Shown here: in pieces, positions 1 to 9,875 of the stretch
Layout: the number at the start of each line of letters is the position of its first letter
How positions within the stretch are numbered: position 1 is the first letter of the stretch
Origin: Gemmatimonadales bacterium
GTDB taxonomy: Bacteria; Gemmatimonadota; Gemmatimonadetes; Gemmatimonadales; GWC2-71-9
Length of the DNA stretch: 64,000 nucleotides
Assembly (NCBI GenBank): GCA_035500495.1
Contig: DATJXC010000064.1
Span: forward strand, 5,446-69,445
Reading direction: 5' to 3'
The notes under the pieces: model-generated
Told to the model about the DNA's origin: nothing
The model's input: only the letters and a program-made list of their open reading frames with translations
Databases searched by the model: none
Position numbers and translations under genes: made by a program

Positions 1-13
1 AGGCTCACCACGG

Positions 14-2860
14 CTACTCGTCCAGCTTTCGTGGATCCGGTCGCACCGTGAAGGTCTGGGTGTAGCTCCTCCCGTTGACCGTGAGTTTCGCGGTGAACTC
101 GCCCGGCAGCGAAACGACCGGCTCCTGGGGCCCGCGTCGCCCCCCGCCACCCTCGAAGTCGGGAGCCCTGCCGGTGTTGGGACGCCACACGGCGCGATGC
201 AGACCGGCGGCAACCGAGAAGGACTTGGGCTCCGGGCGCCAGAGGGCGGTGGTGTTCGGAATGCCGGGTCGGGCTCGAGCTGGGGCCGGTGTCGCTGCGG
301 TGGAGAAGGTGTGCAGGCTCGTGCCTTTGGCGTCGAGAATTTCGAGGGTCGCCGGGCCGGCTGCGGTCGCCTTCAGGTAGTAGTAGATGTACGCACCATC
401 GTCCGGGTTTTCCGCCTGCGGCTCGTCCATTTGATACGGCGTGCCGTTGTCGTCCCCCTGATCCACGAGGATCGCGTCGGCCGGCTTGAAGAGGCAGGCG
501 TCGGCTCCGAGTGCCTGATCGTTCAGCTGGCGCAGGGGACTGATGTCGTCGATCACCCAGAAGCCGCGCCCGTGGGTCGCCACGATCAGGTCGTTGCCGT
601 AGATCTCGAAATCCCGCACGGAGGTGACCGGGAGGTTCAGCTGCAGCGGCTGCCAGTGGTCGCCGTCATCGAACGACACGAAGGCGCCCCGCTCGGTACC
701 GGCGAACAACAGCCCCCGCCGCGCCGGATCCTCCTTGACGGTGTGCACGTACACCCCCGCCGGGAGGCCGGTGGTGACGCGCTGCCAGGTCTTGCCCTGA
801 TCCCGAGTGCGGTAGATGTAAGGGTCGAAATCCTCGAGCTGATGACGGTCCACGCTGGCATAGGCGGTCCGGATGTCGAAATGTGACGCTTCGAGCATCG
901 TCACCCGGCTCCAGGGACCGATCGCATTCGGGGTGACGTCCTCCCAGGACTTACCGTCATTCACGGTCAGGTGAATGGCCCCGTCGTCGGTGCCGATCCA
1001 CACCGCGGCCGCGACGAGCGGCGACGGGGCGATCGTGTAGATCACACCGCGTTGCTCGTTCTGGGCCGTGTCGGCGGCGGCCGCGGCATCGAGCGTGGGC
1101 GGTACTCCAGGATCGGGTCGCGTCAGGTCGGGACTGATCTGGGTCCAGGTCCGAGTGCCGTCCGAAGACTTGAACAGGAACTGGTCGGCGTAGTAGAGCG
1201 CGTGCGGGTCGGCCTTGGAGAAGACGAGCGGCTGGGTCCAGTCGCGGCGTACCGGGGACTTGTCGGCCGGCGCGGGCAGCGCGGTACCCGGGATCCGCCG
1301 GTTCTGCTCCAGATCCCACCGGCTTCCCGCGCCGCCGAAGATGATCCCCGGGTGGAGGGGATCTCCCGCCGTATACCCGCTCTCGCCGCCGGCGCCGATC
1401 GGCTCCCAATCGCGTAGCGAAATCTGGCCGAACTTGCCACGCGAGCGCACGGCGACCGCGCCCGAGTCCTGCTGCGCGCCCGTGACCCAGTAGGGAAAGC
1501 GATAGTCCACCGACAGGTGATACAGCTGGGCCGTGGGCTGGTTGAGCCAGGAGCTCCAGGTGACGGCCCGCGGGTCCTCGGTCTTCGCGTTGCGGGTGAT
1601 GATGCATCCCTGATCGCTCGCCACGATCATGGTGTTCGGGTCGTCGGGAGAGATCCACGCCTGATGGTAGTCGTCACCGCCGGGCGAACCGCGCAGCGGG
1701 ACCCAGGTCTTGCCGCCGTCGGTCGAGCGGGAGACCGAGACGTTGGACACGTACACGACGTCGGGATCGTGGGGGTCCACGACGACGTGCTCGAAGTACC
1801 AGCCTCGACCCCACAACGCCGGATCGGACGACAACCGACTCCATGTCGTTCCGCTGTCGTCAGATCGGAAGAACCCTCCCTGGCGCGGGGTCGTGTCGCG
1901 CTGGGGAGCGCCGGGAGTGGGTGCGGGTTGGGGAGGAGCTCCTGGCTCCGGGACCAGGCAATCGATGCACGCGTACACGCGCTGCGGTTGGCTGGGGGCC
2001 ACGGCGATGCCGGTCCGGCCGATCCCGTCAGGGGGCAACCCTTGCGTGAGCTGCTGCCAGGTGTCGCCACCATCCGTGGACTTGTAGAGGCCGCCGCCGG
2101 GGCCATTGGTGGGCGCATAGACGAACCACGGGGGTCGGCGGGTGTTCCAGAGTCCCGCGTACACGACCTGCGGGTTGCTCGGGTCGATCACGACTTCGAT
2201 CGCGCCGACGTTCTCGTTCCTGTACAACACCTTCTGCCAGCTCTTGCCGCCGTCCTTCGAGCGAAACACGCCACGCTCGGCGCTCGGCGCGTAGTAATGC
2301 CCGACCGCCGCCACGAACACGAGATCCGGGTTCGCGGGGTGCACGGCGACCTTGCCGATGTGGTGCGTGTCGTCGAGGCCGATGTGCGTCCAGGTCTTTC
2401 CGGCGTCGGTGGACTTGTACATCCCGTTGCCGTAGCCCGTCGAATCCCGCAGCGTGGATTCCCCACTGCCTACGTAGATCACGTCGGGAGCGGAGGGGGC
2501 CACGGCCAGCGCACCGATCGACGCGACGGGTTGGGAGTCGAACACGGGATCCCAGGTGCGCCCCGCGTCCCGCGTCTTCCAGACACCGCCGTTGACGTGG
2601 CCGAAGTAGAACTCGTTGAGTCGGCCGGAGACACCGCTCACCGCATCGCAGCGGCCGCCGCGGAAGGGGCCCAGCATGCGCCAGGCGAGGCCGGAGAGAA
2701 CGCCCTCGGGGATGGGAGCGCTCAACTGGCGTCGAGAGCCGTCCCGCACGGGTGTCGCCGCGAGCGCGCGCACGAGGACGGGGGGCAGCGCGAGGCCGAC
2801 GCCGCCGGCCCCCGCGCCCAACAGGAATCCACGTCGCGAGATCGAGTCCATCGGTTTCAC
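14..2860 (-). CDS. BNR/Asp-box repeat beta-propeller protein (sortilin/VPS10-like, glycoside-hydrolase-like) with Tat-type signal
   Basis: 948-aa ORF with about 10 Asp-box motifs (S/T-x-D-x-G-x-T/S-W), e.g. TRDAGRTW, STDAGKTW, SKDGGKSW, STDGGDTW, STDGGKTW, TRDQGKTW. The N-terminus SRRGFLLGAGAGG looks like a twin-arginine signal. Confidence 0.85.
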   Translation of the reverse strand: MKPMDSISRRGFLLGAGAGGVGLALPPVLVRALAATPVRDGSRRQLSAPIPEGVLSGLAWRMLGPFRGGRCDAVSGVSGRLNEFYFGHVNGGVWKTRDAGRTWDPVFDSQPVASIGALAVAPSAPDVIYVGSGESTLRDSTGYGNGMYKSTDAGKTWTHIGLDDTHHIGKVAVHPANPDLVFVAAVGHYYAPSAERGVFRSKDGGKSWQKVLYRNENVGAIEVVIDPSNPQVVYAGLWNTRRPPWFVYAPTNGPGGGLYKSTDGGDTWQQLTQGLPPDGIGRTGIAVAPSQPQRVYACIDCLVPEPGAPPQPAPTPGAPQRDTTPRQGGFFRSDDSGTTWSRLSSDPALWGRGWYFEHVVVDPHDPDVVYVSNVSVSRSTDGGKTWVPLRGSPGGDDYHQAWISPDDPNTMIVASDQGCIITRNAKTEDPRAVTWSSWLNQPTAQLYHLSVDYRFPYWVTGAQQDSGAVAVRSRGKFGQISLRDWEPIGAGGESGYTAGDPLHPGIIFGGAGSRWDLEQNRRIPGTALPAPADKSPVRRDWTQPLVFSKADPHALYYADQFLFKSSDGTRTWTQISPDLTRPDPGVPPTLDAAAAADTAQNEQRGVIYTIAPSPLVAAAVWIGTDDGAIHLTVNDGKSWEDVTPNAIGPWSRVTMLEASHFDIRTAYASVDRHQLEDFDPYIYRTRDQGKTWQRVTTGLPAGVYVHTVKEDPARRGLLFAGTERGAFVSFDDGDHWQPLQLNLPVTSVRDFEIYGNDLIVATHGRGFWVIDDISPLRQLNDQALGADACLFKPADAILVDQGDDNGTPYQMDEPQAENPDDGAYIYYYLKATAAGPATLEILDAKGTSLHTFSTAATPAPARARPGIPNTTALWRPEPKSFSVAAGLHRAVWRPNTGRAPDFEGGGGRRGPQEPVVSLPGEFTAKLTVNGRSYTQTFTVRPDPRKLDE

Positions 2861-2873
2861 GAGGTCAACCTCC

Positions 2874-3848
2874 TCACCAGCGGTCCAGGTCCTTCCCGAT
2901 CACTACTCGGCCGCTATACCCGCCGGCGCGGACGCCGGCCAACAGCTCCTCATCGGTGCCACCCATCCGGACGATGTGCACGAGCACGAGCAACTTCGGA
3001 GGGGGAGTGATGCGCGCCGCGAGGGCGCCGAGCTCCCGGTCCGATGTATGGAACGCCCGCATGTACTCGGGCCAATGCTCGCCGCCGGGCCGAGGCTCCG
3101 GCGCGAGCCGCGAAGCGGGATAGACCTCGTGGATCAGCACGTCGGTACCGGCCGCGGCTTGCGCCAGCGCCTCGCTCGGGCGGGTGTCGCCGGAGATGGT
3201 GATCGAGCGGTCCGGCGTGTCGAAGCGATAGCCCAGGGCCTCCGGCCAGCTGCCGTGCTCGACGGGAATGGCGGTGACCCGGACACCGGCGGAATCGTAG
3301 ATCACTCCGGGGGCAACCTCGTGCACGTGCACCCGGTACCCTTCTGGGGATTCGCGTTCCAGTCCGGCGGTCCGGATGTGAATGTCCTCGGACCAGGCGG
3401 CGAGCAGGTGATCGGTCATGCCGCGCAATCCGTGCGGACCGTACGCCTCGAGGGGCGCGCGACGTCCCATCACCCACGAGGTCAAGATCAGGTCCGGATA
3501 TCCGAGCGTGTGGTCACTGTGGAGGTGCGTCACGAAGAGCGCGGTGACGCCGTTGACCGGGAGGCCGGCGGCCGCGAGCTGGCGCATGACGCCGGCACCG
3601 GCATCCACCAGGAAGACGCGATTGCCCACGAGGATCGCCGTCGCCGGACCCGATGCCTGGGGGTTGGGACGCGGCATTCCGGTGCCGAGCAGGACGATGG
3701 TGGTGGAATCGGTGGTGCGATGATCCGCCGAGGTGGCTGGGGTGTGAGGCCCGGAGAGCAGGAGAGCGACGAGCGACGCGAAGCGGGCACCGGCATCGAG
3801 CATGGGCGGGAAAATGTCCTCCACTCGGGCGCCGCGCCACCGGTCCAT
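2874..3848 (-). CDS. MBL-fold metallo-hydrolase (RNase Z / beta-lactamase-fold family)
   Basis: 324-aa ORF with the H-x-H-x-D-H motif (THLHSDHTLGY). An alternative ATG at 3803 would give a signal-like N-terminus (MLDAGARFASLVALLLSG). Only 13 nt separate it from the downstream gene. Confidence 0.8.
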   Translation of the reverse strand: MDRWRGARVEDIFPPMLDAGARFASLVALLLSGPHTPATSADHRTTDSTTIVLLGTGMPRPNPQASGPATAILVGNRVFLVDAGAGVMRQLAAAGLPVNGVTALFVTHLHSDHTLGYPDLILTSWVMGRRAPLEAYGPHGLRGMTDHLLAAWSEDIHIRTAGLERESPEGYRVHVHEVAPGVIYDSAGVRVTAIPVEHGSWPEALGYRFDTPDRSITISGDTRPSEALAQAAAGTDVLIHEVYPASRLAPEPRPGGEHWPEYMRAFHTSDRELGALAARITPPPKLLVLVHIVRMGGTDEELLAGVRAGGYSGRVVIGKDLDRW

Positions 3849-3931
3849 GTACGCGCGATTCCGGCCCTGTCAGCCGGCCCCGCGTGCTGGACCTCGAGGA
3901 CCTGTTCCGGCCGGCGTAGCGCGAATCGTAC

Positions 3932-4645
3932 TCACGCGGTCGCCGGTGCCAAGCCCGTCGCCTCCGCCGGCGGCCTGGCCCCTTTGATCACGAGCCACAG
4001 CATGATCGCCAGCTCTCCGAAGAGCGCGGGCTGAGAGTAGGCAAACACGCGATCCTGGTATTGCGGCATCAATACGCCCGTGAGGCTGAGGATCACATAG
4101 GCAAAGCCGTTGAGGGTGAGCCATACGGCCAGGAATCGCGGGAGGAAGCCCGACCGATAGACCAGCGTCGCCAACGGGAAGAGCCATAACCCCCACAGGA
4201 TCTCGGCGGCGGTGTTCTGATGGTCGCGCAGGTGGAGGAACAGCATGGCCAGCGCGTCCCGCTGCGGTTTGTCGAACACGGACAGGAAGTCGCCCCCGCG
4301 CACAACCATGAGGGCGCCGAGGTCGCTCACCACCCCAACGAAGATGATGACGGATGGCATCACGCCGCCGAGGATCACCACCAGCGCCGCGAGGTTCTGG
4401 TCCACGCCCTTGAACAATCGGTAGAAAGCCAGAGCGAGGAAGATCAGGATCACCGCGCAAGCCAGGTCGGCCACGACGCCGAACCGGAAGAGCCACTCGT
4501 GCGCGGCGATGTTGACGGCCGTCGCGGTCGCGTTCCCCTCCACGAACAGCTTGTTGGGGATATACATGAGGCGCAGGGGGCCGAGGACGGTGAGGAGGAG
4601 GTACCACAGTCCAGCTACTCTACCGGGATTACGGGTCGAGCTCAT
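3932..4645 (-). CDS. DUF4386-like integral membrane protein
   Basis: I start it at the internal ATG (MSSTRNPGRVAGLWYLLL...), which is preceded by GAGGAAAC. The longer track ORF (to 4825) runs through a tRNA gene and is rejected. Multiple hydrophobic helices; family assigned by recall of DUF4386-type sequences. Confidence 0.7.
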   Translation of the reverse strand: MSSTRNPGRVAGLWYLLLTVLGPLRLMYIPNKLFVEGNATATAVNIAAHEWLFRFGVVADLACAVILIFLALAFYRLFKGVDQNLAALVVILGGVMPSVIIFVGVVSDLGALMVVRGGDFLSVFDKPQRDALAMLFLHLRDHQNTAAEILWGLWLFPLATLVYRSGFLPRFLAVWLTLNGFAYVILSLTGVLMPQYQDRVFAYSQPALFGELAIMLWLVIKGARPPAEATGLAPATA

Positions 4646-4788
4646 GTTTCCTCGCTCGGTGGACGGGGCTGAAGAGAGCGTCCTGTTGGAGATACGCTGA
4701 AGTGTATCAAGGAGGTTTCGCCATATCTGGAGACCGGGACGGAAACGGCCACCGAGGTCGTCGGTGGCCGTGCGCTCAGTAGGGAAAG

Positions 4789-4870
4789 CGGAGGGCGCAG
4801 GACTCGAACCTGCAAGGGCTTTCACCCGCCGGTTTTCAAGACCGGTGCCTTACCATTCGGCCAGCCCTCC
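4789..4870 (-). tRNA. tRNA-Ser (anticodon UGA)
   Basis: Reverse complement reads GGAGGGC-TG-GCCGAATGGTAAGGC-A-CCGGT-CTTGAAA-ACCGG-CGGGTGAAAGCCCTT-GCAGG-TTCGAGT-CCTGC-GCCCTCC-G. It has a 7-bp acceptor stem, a TTCGAGT T-loop, a long variable arm (class II) and anticodon TGA. CCA is not encoded. Confidence 0.9.
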
Positions 4871-4906
4871 CGACCGGGCTAACCTAGCGGGCGCCGTCTC
4901 CCCCGG

Positions 4907-7216
4907 TCAACGCTCCGGGAGGAGCGGCGTGCGGAATGACGTGTTCTTGTTGGTCGAGTCGGCGATCATCATGGCGCGCAGCGCACTCGCGCGATCCTTG
5001 GCCTCGAGCCCCTGCGCCAACGCCCCGTAGGTGAGCCCGTAGAGGCCGAGAATTCCCTCCGAGGGCCGGTCCACCCAGCCGCGCGGCCGCGGGCGCGCCG
5101 CGGTACCGGGATGGTAGACGTCGAACGCCAGCGCTTTGGTCCGCGCGAGGTTGACGAACCCGAACCCACCCACCGGCTGGATCGAATCGCTCGCCATGAT
5201 CGGCTGGGCCTGCAGTTTCCGTGCGAACCCCTGACCCTCGAGGTTCCCGGTGAGCCCGAACTCGTCGGCATAGGTGCCGACCGTGCGCGAGAAGTAGATC
5301 GGACGGCGGCCCAACTGGTCCTTGATGGCGGTGAGCACCGCGACGTCGGCGCGCTCCAGGTAGCCCTGGCCGCCCTGCAGCGGATGGATGTACTGGGGAT
5401 CGAGGGTGACGACCACACCGCCCAGGTTCACCGTCTGCTTCTTCTCCAGCACGTAGTACAGCTGCAGCGCATCCAGCTCGGCGTCGCTCATGTTGAACAG
5501 CTTGCCGCTCGGTTTGGTCCAGACCTGGTTCCGGTAGATCGCGGGGCCCTTGGCGGCGTCGTAGTCGGCCAGGGGACGGCGCTGCAGCTGCCGCAGGTAC
5601 CAGTCGGTGTTGGCGAGCGACAGATTGATGACCGTCACGTCCTGCCGGATCCCTTCGACCTCCTGCGCGTACCACAGCGGGAAAGTGTCGTTGTCGCCGG
5701 CCGTGACCAGGATCCCGTAGGGCTCGACCGAGTTCAGGAGATCGGCGGCGAAGTCGCGGGCCAGCGTCTCCTTGGCACGCGACGCCGTCAGATGGTTCCC
5801 GTACAGCGGAATCAGCGCGACCAGGAGCACGGGGGTGGCGAGGAGCCAGCGACGCCCCTCCTCGGGAACCCGCTCCTTCAACGATTCCTGCAGCCATTCC
5901 ATCAGCGTGGCGAGTCCCATCGCTACCCAGATCCCCCACAGCCCGAACGAGCAGATGAAGAAGTAGTCGCGCTCGCGGACCTCACGCGCCAGCTGCCGGG
6001 GCAGGTACTCGGAGTACCCGTACTTGAAGTTCAGGTAGAAGATGAGCAGCAGGGTCAGCGTGAACATCAGGGCCGTCATCGCGAGCGCGTGGCGCCGGTC
6101 GGAGCGGAAATGCCGCCAGGCCCCCAGCCCGCCGAAAAAGAAGAAGAGTACGGCGAGGCCGGCCTGGATCGCATCCGAGAAATCGCGCCCCCACTGCCAC
6201 CGGAAGTACTGCACCCACATCAAGAGCTGGGCCGCGAAATCGGCCTGCCGCTCCGTGACCGGGGGCTTGCCGTACTGCACCCGGGTCAGCACCGCCCACA
6301 GCGCGCTCCAGGTGGTCGGCTCGCCCTCGTTGATGGCCGGATAGTGCGCGGCGCGGATCGGCAGGAACACGTCCACCGACACGCCGGCGACGGCGACCAG
6401 CAGCAACGCGACGGTCGTGCGCCAATTCCCCGTGAGCGCGGTCCAGATGAGCACGCCGACGTAGGCGGCGCCCGCGACTTCCAGCATCGTCACGTTTTCC
6501 ATGCCGGACGCGCCGAGCACGGTGAACACGGCACAGAAGGCGGCCCAGGTGGACCACTCGGTGGAGCGCCCTTCGTCGGTGGGGGAGCGGCGATCCATCA
6601 ATGGCGGGAACAGGAGCACCGCCACCACCGGCCCCACCAGCACGCCCATCATGTGGTTGGTGGAAGTCAGGGCCAGCAGATACACGATCAGCAGGAGATA
6701 GTGATCGTGGGCTTCGCCGGCCGGCTGGTCGTCCCAGCGCACGATGAGCCACAGAATCAGCGCAATGGAGAGGAACGACAGCGTGTACACCTTCTCGTTC
6801 ACGACCGACTGGTTCCACACCGTGAACGCGGTGGCGCAGACGATCGCGCCGGCGATCGCCGTCAGCCGCCGCACCAGCGTCAGGGAAATGATCGGTCGCA
6901 GCCAGCGCTCGGTGACGAGGAACCAGCACCCCGCGGCCACCGCGCTGGTGGTGGCGGCGAACAGGTTGATCCGCTTGGCGTACCCCGCCGCGAAGGGGAT
7001 CATCCCCCACACATGCGCCATCAGCGTGAACAGCGGGTTGCCCGGCGGATGGGGAATGCCGAGGACCTTGGCCGCCGCGATGTATTCGGAGGTGTCCCAG
7101 AACTGGGTCGTGGGTGCCAGGGTCGCGACGTACAGGGCCAGCGTCGCCACGCTCACCGCGAGGGCGAGCAGATAGGGAGGGCGCTGGTCGTCGGTCAGCT
7201 GTTCGGGGTCGGTCAT
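4907..7216 (-). CDS. DUF2723 domain membrane protein (GT-C fold, protein O-mannosyltransferase-like / TMEM260-like)
   Basis: 769-aa ORF with a polytopic N-terminal half. It contains the characteristic early motif FWDTSEYIAAAKVLGIPHPPGNPLF and a soluble C-terminal half. Confidence 0.75.
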   Translation of the reverse strand: MTDPEQLTDDQRPPYLLALAVSVATLALYVATLAPTTQFWDTSEYIAAAKVLGIPHPPGNPLFTLMAHVWGMIPFAAGYAKRINLFAATTSAVAAGCWFLVTERWLRPIISLTLVRRLTAIAGAIVCATAFTVWNQSVVNEKVYTLSFLSIALILWLIVRWDDQPAGEAHDHYLLLIVYLLALTSTNHMMGVLVGPVVAVLLFPPLMDRRSPTDEGRSTEWSTWAAFCAVFTVLGASGMENVTMLEVAGAAYVGVLIWTALTGNWRTTVALLLVAVAGVSVDVFLPIRAAHYPAINEGEPTTWSALWAVLTRVQYGKPPVTERQADFAAQLLMWVQYFRWQWGRDFSDAIQAGLAVLFFFFGGLGAWRHFRSDRRHALAMTALMFTLTLLLIFYLNFKYGYSEYLPRQLAREVRERDYFFICSFGLWGIWVAMGLATLMEWLQESLKERVPEEGRRWLLATPVLLVALIPLYGNHLTASRAKETLARDFAADLLNSVEPYGILVTAGDNDTFPLWYAQEVEGIRQDVTVINLSLANTDWYLRQLQRRPLADYDAAKGPAIYRNQVWTKPSGKLFNMSDAELDALQLYYVLEKKQTVNLGGVVVTLDPQYIHPLQGGQGYLERADVAVLTAIKDQLGRRPIYFSRTVGTYADEFGLTGNLEGQGFARKLQAQPIMASDSIQPVGGFGFVNLARTKALAFDVYHPGTAARPRPRGWVDRPSEGILGLYGLTYGALAQGLEAKDRASALRAMMIADSTNKNTSFRTPLLPER

Positions 7217-7251
7217 GCGATCGGGGTTTGAGTGGCCTATAAGGTAATGGA

Positions 7252-8781
7252 CTAATGCCGGAACTGTCGTACCCCCGTCAGCACCATGGCGATCCCGTGC
7301 TCGTTGGCCGCGGTGACGACCTCGTCGTCTCGCACCGAGCCGCCGGGTTGAATGATGGCCCGCACCCCCGCCCGGGCGGCCTCGTCCACCCCGTCCCGGA
7401 AGGGGAAAAAGGCGTCACTCGCGAGCACGGCGCCCGCCGGGTCGTGGCCGGCTCGCTGCGCTTTGTGCACGGCCAGAAAGGACGAATCCACCCGGGACAT
7501 CTGTCCCGCGCCGATCCCGATCGCCGCCTCGTCGCGCGCCAGGAGGATCGCGTTCGATTTGACGATCCCCACCGCCGCCCAGCCGAAGCGCAGGTCGTTC
7601 CATTCCGCGTCCGTGGGCGCGCGCGTGGTGGCCACCTTCCACGACGCCTCCGCCGCGGTCCCGCCGTACTGGTAACGGTCCTGCACCAGGAACCCGCCCC
7701 GCACCCGCTTGAAATCCCAGGACGGCTGTCCATCCGGGGTCGGCAGCTCGACCACGCGCAGGTTCTTCTTGCGCTTGAACACCTCGAGGGCCTTGGTGTC
7801 GACCCGCGGCGCCACGACGACCTCGACGAACAGCTCGTGCATCGCCTCGGCCGCCTCGGCGTCCACCACCGTGTTGAACGCGATCACCGAGCCGAAAGCC
7901 GACACGGGGTCGGTGGCGTGCGCGCGGCGGTAGGCCTCGGCGGGACTGCGTCCCAGCGCGATCCCGCACGGCGTCGTGTGCTTGATGATGGCGCAGGCCA
8001 CCCGGTTGGACCACGGCAGCACCGCCGTCACGGCGGCGTCCACATCGAGGAGGTTGTTGAACGACAGCTCCTTCCCATGGAGCTGCGAGAGCTGCGAGAT
8101 CCCCGGCTCGTCGGTCAGATACAGCGCGGCGCGCTGGTGCGGGTTCTCGCCGTAGCGCAACGATTGCCCGCGCTGCAGCACGAGGGCGAGGGTGGGCGGC
8201 AACACTTCGGCGGTCCGAGTCAGGTAGGCGAGAATCGTCGCGTCGTAGGCCGCCGTGTGGGCGAAGACCTTCGCCGCGAGCGCGCGCTTCTGGTCCGGCG
8301 TGACGCCGCCGGCTTTGAGGCCCGCCAGGACCGTGGGGTAATCGTCCGGATCGACGACGACGATCACCGCGGCGTGGTTCTTGGCCGCCGAGCGGAGCAT
8401 CGAGGGACCGCCGATGTCGATCTGCTCGATCGCCTGCTCGAAGGTGGTCTCCGGTTTCGCCACCGTCTGGCGGAACGGATACAGATTCACGGCGACGAGG
8501 TCGATCGGTGTGATCGCGTGCTGGGCGAGGGCCTTCACGTCTCCCGGATGATCGCGCCGGGCGAGCAGGCCGCCGTGCACCTTCGGGTGCAGCGTCTTCA
8601 CCCGGCCATCCATCATTTCCGGGAATCCGGTCACCTGCTCGATCGGAATGACCGGCACGCCGTTCTGTCGCAGCGCTTCGGCGGTGCCACCCGTGGAGAC
8701 GATCTCCCATCCCAGGTTCACGAGGCCGCGGGCGAACTCGAGTACGCCGCGTTTGTCCGATACCGACAGTAAGGCTCTCAC
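7252..8781 (-). CDS. purH: Bifunctional AICAR transformylase / IMP cyclohydrolase
   Basis: The sequence [20 protein letters not shown]...GGTAEAL...[16 protein letters not shown]...[13 protein letters not shown]...[11 protein letters not shown] matches PurH end to end. I chose GTG at 8781, which overlaps the upstream stop (GTGA). The 810-aa track ORF is an N-terminal over-extension. Confidence 0.93.
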   Translation of the reverse strand: MRALLSVSDKRGVLEFARGLVNLGWEIVSTGGTAEALRQNGVPVIPIEQVTGFPEMMDGRVKTLHPKVHGGLLARRDHPGDVKALAQHAITPIDLVAVNLYPFRQTVAKPETTFEQAIEQIDIGGPSMLRSAAKNHAAVIVVVDPDDYPTVLAGLKAGGVTPDQKRALAAKVFAHTAAYDATILAYLTRTAEVLPPTLALVLQRGQSLRYGENPHQRAALYLTDEPGISQLSQLHGKELSFNNLLDVDAAVTAVLPWSNRVACAIIKHTTPCGIALGRSPAEAYRRAHATDPVSAFGSVIAFNTVVDAEAAEAMHELFVEVVVAPRVDTKALEVFKRKKNLRVVELPTPDGQPSWDFKRVRGGFLVQDRYQYGGTAAEASWKVATTRAPTDAEWNDLRFGWAAVGIVKSNAILLARDEAAIGIGAGQMSRVDSSFLAVHKAQRAGHDPAGAVLASDAFFPFRDGVDEAARAGVRAIIQPGGSVRDDEVVTAANEHGIAMVLTGVRQFRH

Positions 8782-9875
8782 CAGGTCTCCATGACAGCTT
8801 GGATCAGGTCGGCGAGGCTCGCCACATCCTTCAGGTCCACGACCTCGGCGGGCGAGTGGGAATAGCGCAGCGGCCACCCCAGGGCGACGTCCACCACGCC
8901 GTAGGGGGTGAAGGTCGATCCGTCGTTCCCGCCGCTGGTGGTCCCCACCTGCAGCGCGATCCCGCGGGCGCGCGCCACCGCGACCAGCGAATCGACGTAC
9001 GCCGCCGGAGTCACCGACGAGTTGTCGAGCGCCCGGGCCGCGGCACCGGCGCCGAGCCGCGCGACCGCGTAGTTCTGCCGCTCGAGCGGGGCGTCGGCCG
9101 AGACGAAGGTGTCGATCGCGTGCACGCGCGTGGGCCGAGTGCCGAGGGCGGCGGCGACGCGGGCCGCGCCCTCGAGTCCGATCTCCTCGCGGGTGCTCCA
9201 GATCACGATCACCTGATGATGGAGCGCCGCGCGATCGAGGTGCCGCAACGCGAGGATTTCCGCGGCCGAGCCGACCCGATCGTCGAACGATCGGCCGGTG
9301 GCGCGCGTGCCCGCGAGGCGCACGTAGCGTTTGGGCATCGTCACGCGGTCGCCCGGCGCGATCCCCAGAGCCTCGGTCGCCGCACGCGAGGCCGTCCCGA
9401 CGTTCACTCGGAAGGGCGGGGGATCGGCGCGCGTGAACCCGCTGTCGCGCGGCTGAAACACCCCCGGTACGACGCCGCGCGCCGTGTGCACCAGCGCCGG
9501 CTGGGCCTCGAACAGCGAGGCGAAGAACCCTCCCAACGGGCGGATGCGCAACGTGCCGTCGTCCCGGATGCTGTCCACGCGAAAGCCGATTTCGTCGAGA
9601 TGCGCCACGAACACGACGAGCGGGTCGCCCTGGCCGATCGTCACCCAGAGGTTGCCCGCGGTGTCGGTGACCGGCTTGGCCCACGCAGGGAGAAGCCGCT
9701 TGACCGCCTCGCGCACCGGGCCCTCGGCCCCTGATGCGCCGTACGTCTCGACGAGTGTGGATAGGACAGAGTCGGTTTCTGAGATCCGGCCGGCGGACTG
9801 GGCGGAAAGTCCGACGCCCGGACCGGTAAGCAGCAAGGGCGCCACCCAGATGATGGCTCTTCCCGTCCGGTTCAC
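8778..9875 (-). CDS. M42 family metallopeptidase (TET/FrvX-like aminopeptidase), signal-like N-terminus
   Basis: All M42 metal/catalytic motifs are present: AHLDEIG, FDDRVG, TREEIGLEGA, AIDTF, RYSHSPAE. GTG 9875 gives a GTGA overlap with the upstream stop; ATG at 9890 is the alternative start. Confidence 0.8.
   Translation of the reverse strand: MNRTGRAIIWVAPLLLTGPGVGLSAQSAGRISETDSVLSTLVETYGASGAEGPVREAVKRLLPAWAKPVTDTAGNLWVTIGQGDPLVVFVAHLDEIGFRVDSIRDDGTLRIRPLGGFFASLFEAQPALVHTARGVVPGVFQPRDSGFTRADPPPFRVNVGTASRAATEALGIAPGDRVTMPKRYVRLAGTRATGRSFDDRVGSAAEILALRHLDRAALHHQVIVIWSTREEIGLEGAARVAAALGTRPTRVHAIDTFVSADAPLERQNYAVARLGAGAAARALDNSSVTPAAYVDSLVAVARARGIALQVGTTSGGNDGSTFTPYGVVDVALGWPLRYSHSPAEVVDLKDVASLADLIQAVMETW

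Noticed and set aside
4789-4870. tRNA-Ser as a possible genomic-island integration site. The flanking genes (DUF4386 gene, MBL hydrolase, BNR propeller) look accessory.
   Set aside because: I saw no integrase and no direct repeat of the tRNA 3' end nearby. There is no visible compositional break and the genes are on the same strand in operon-like spacing.
7252-9684. Over-extended track ORFs: 810 aa for purH, 820 aa for selA (11935..14397), 295 aa for purN, 562 aa for hbd (25421..27109), 534 aa for thiL, 524 aa for plsC, 926 aa for the cytochrome, and 297 aa for the DUF4386 gene (which runs through tRNA-Ser).
   Set aside because: The N-terminal extensions are Arg/Pro/Gly-rich and overlap the well-supported upstream gene. 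They are replaced by internal ATG/GTG/TTG starts that coincide with conserved family N-termini and with 4-nt start/stop overlaps.
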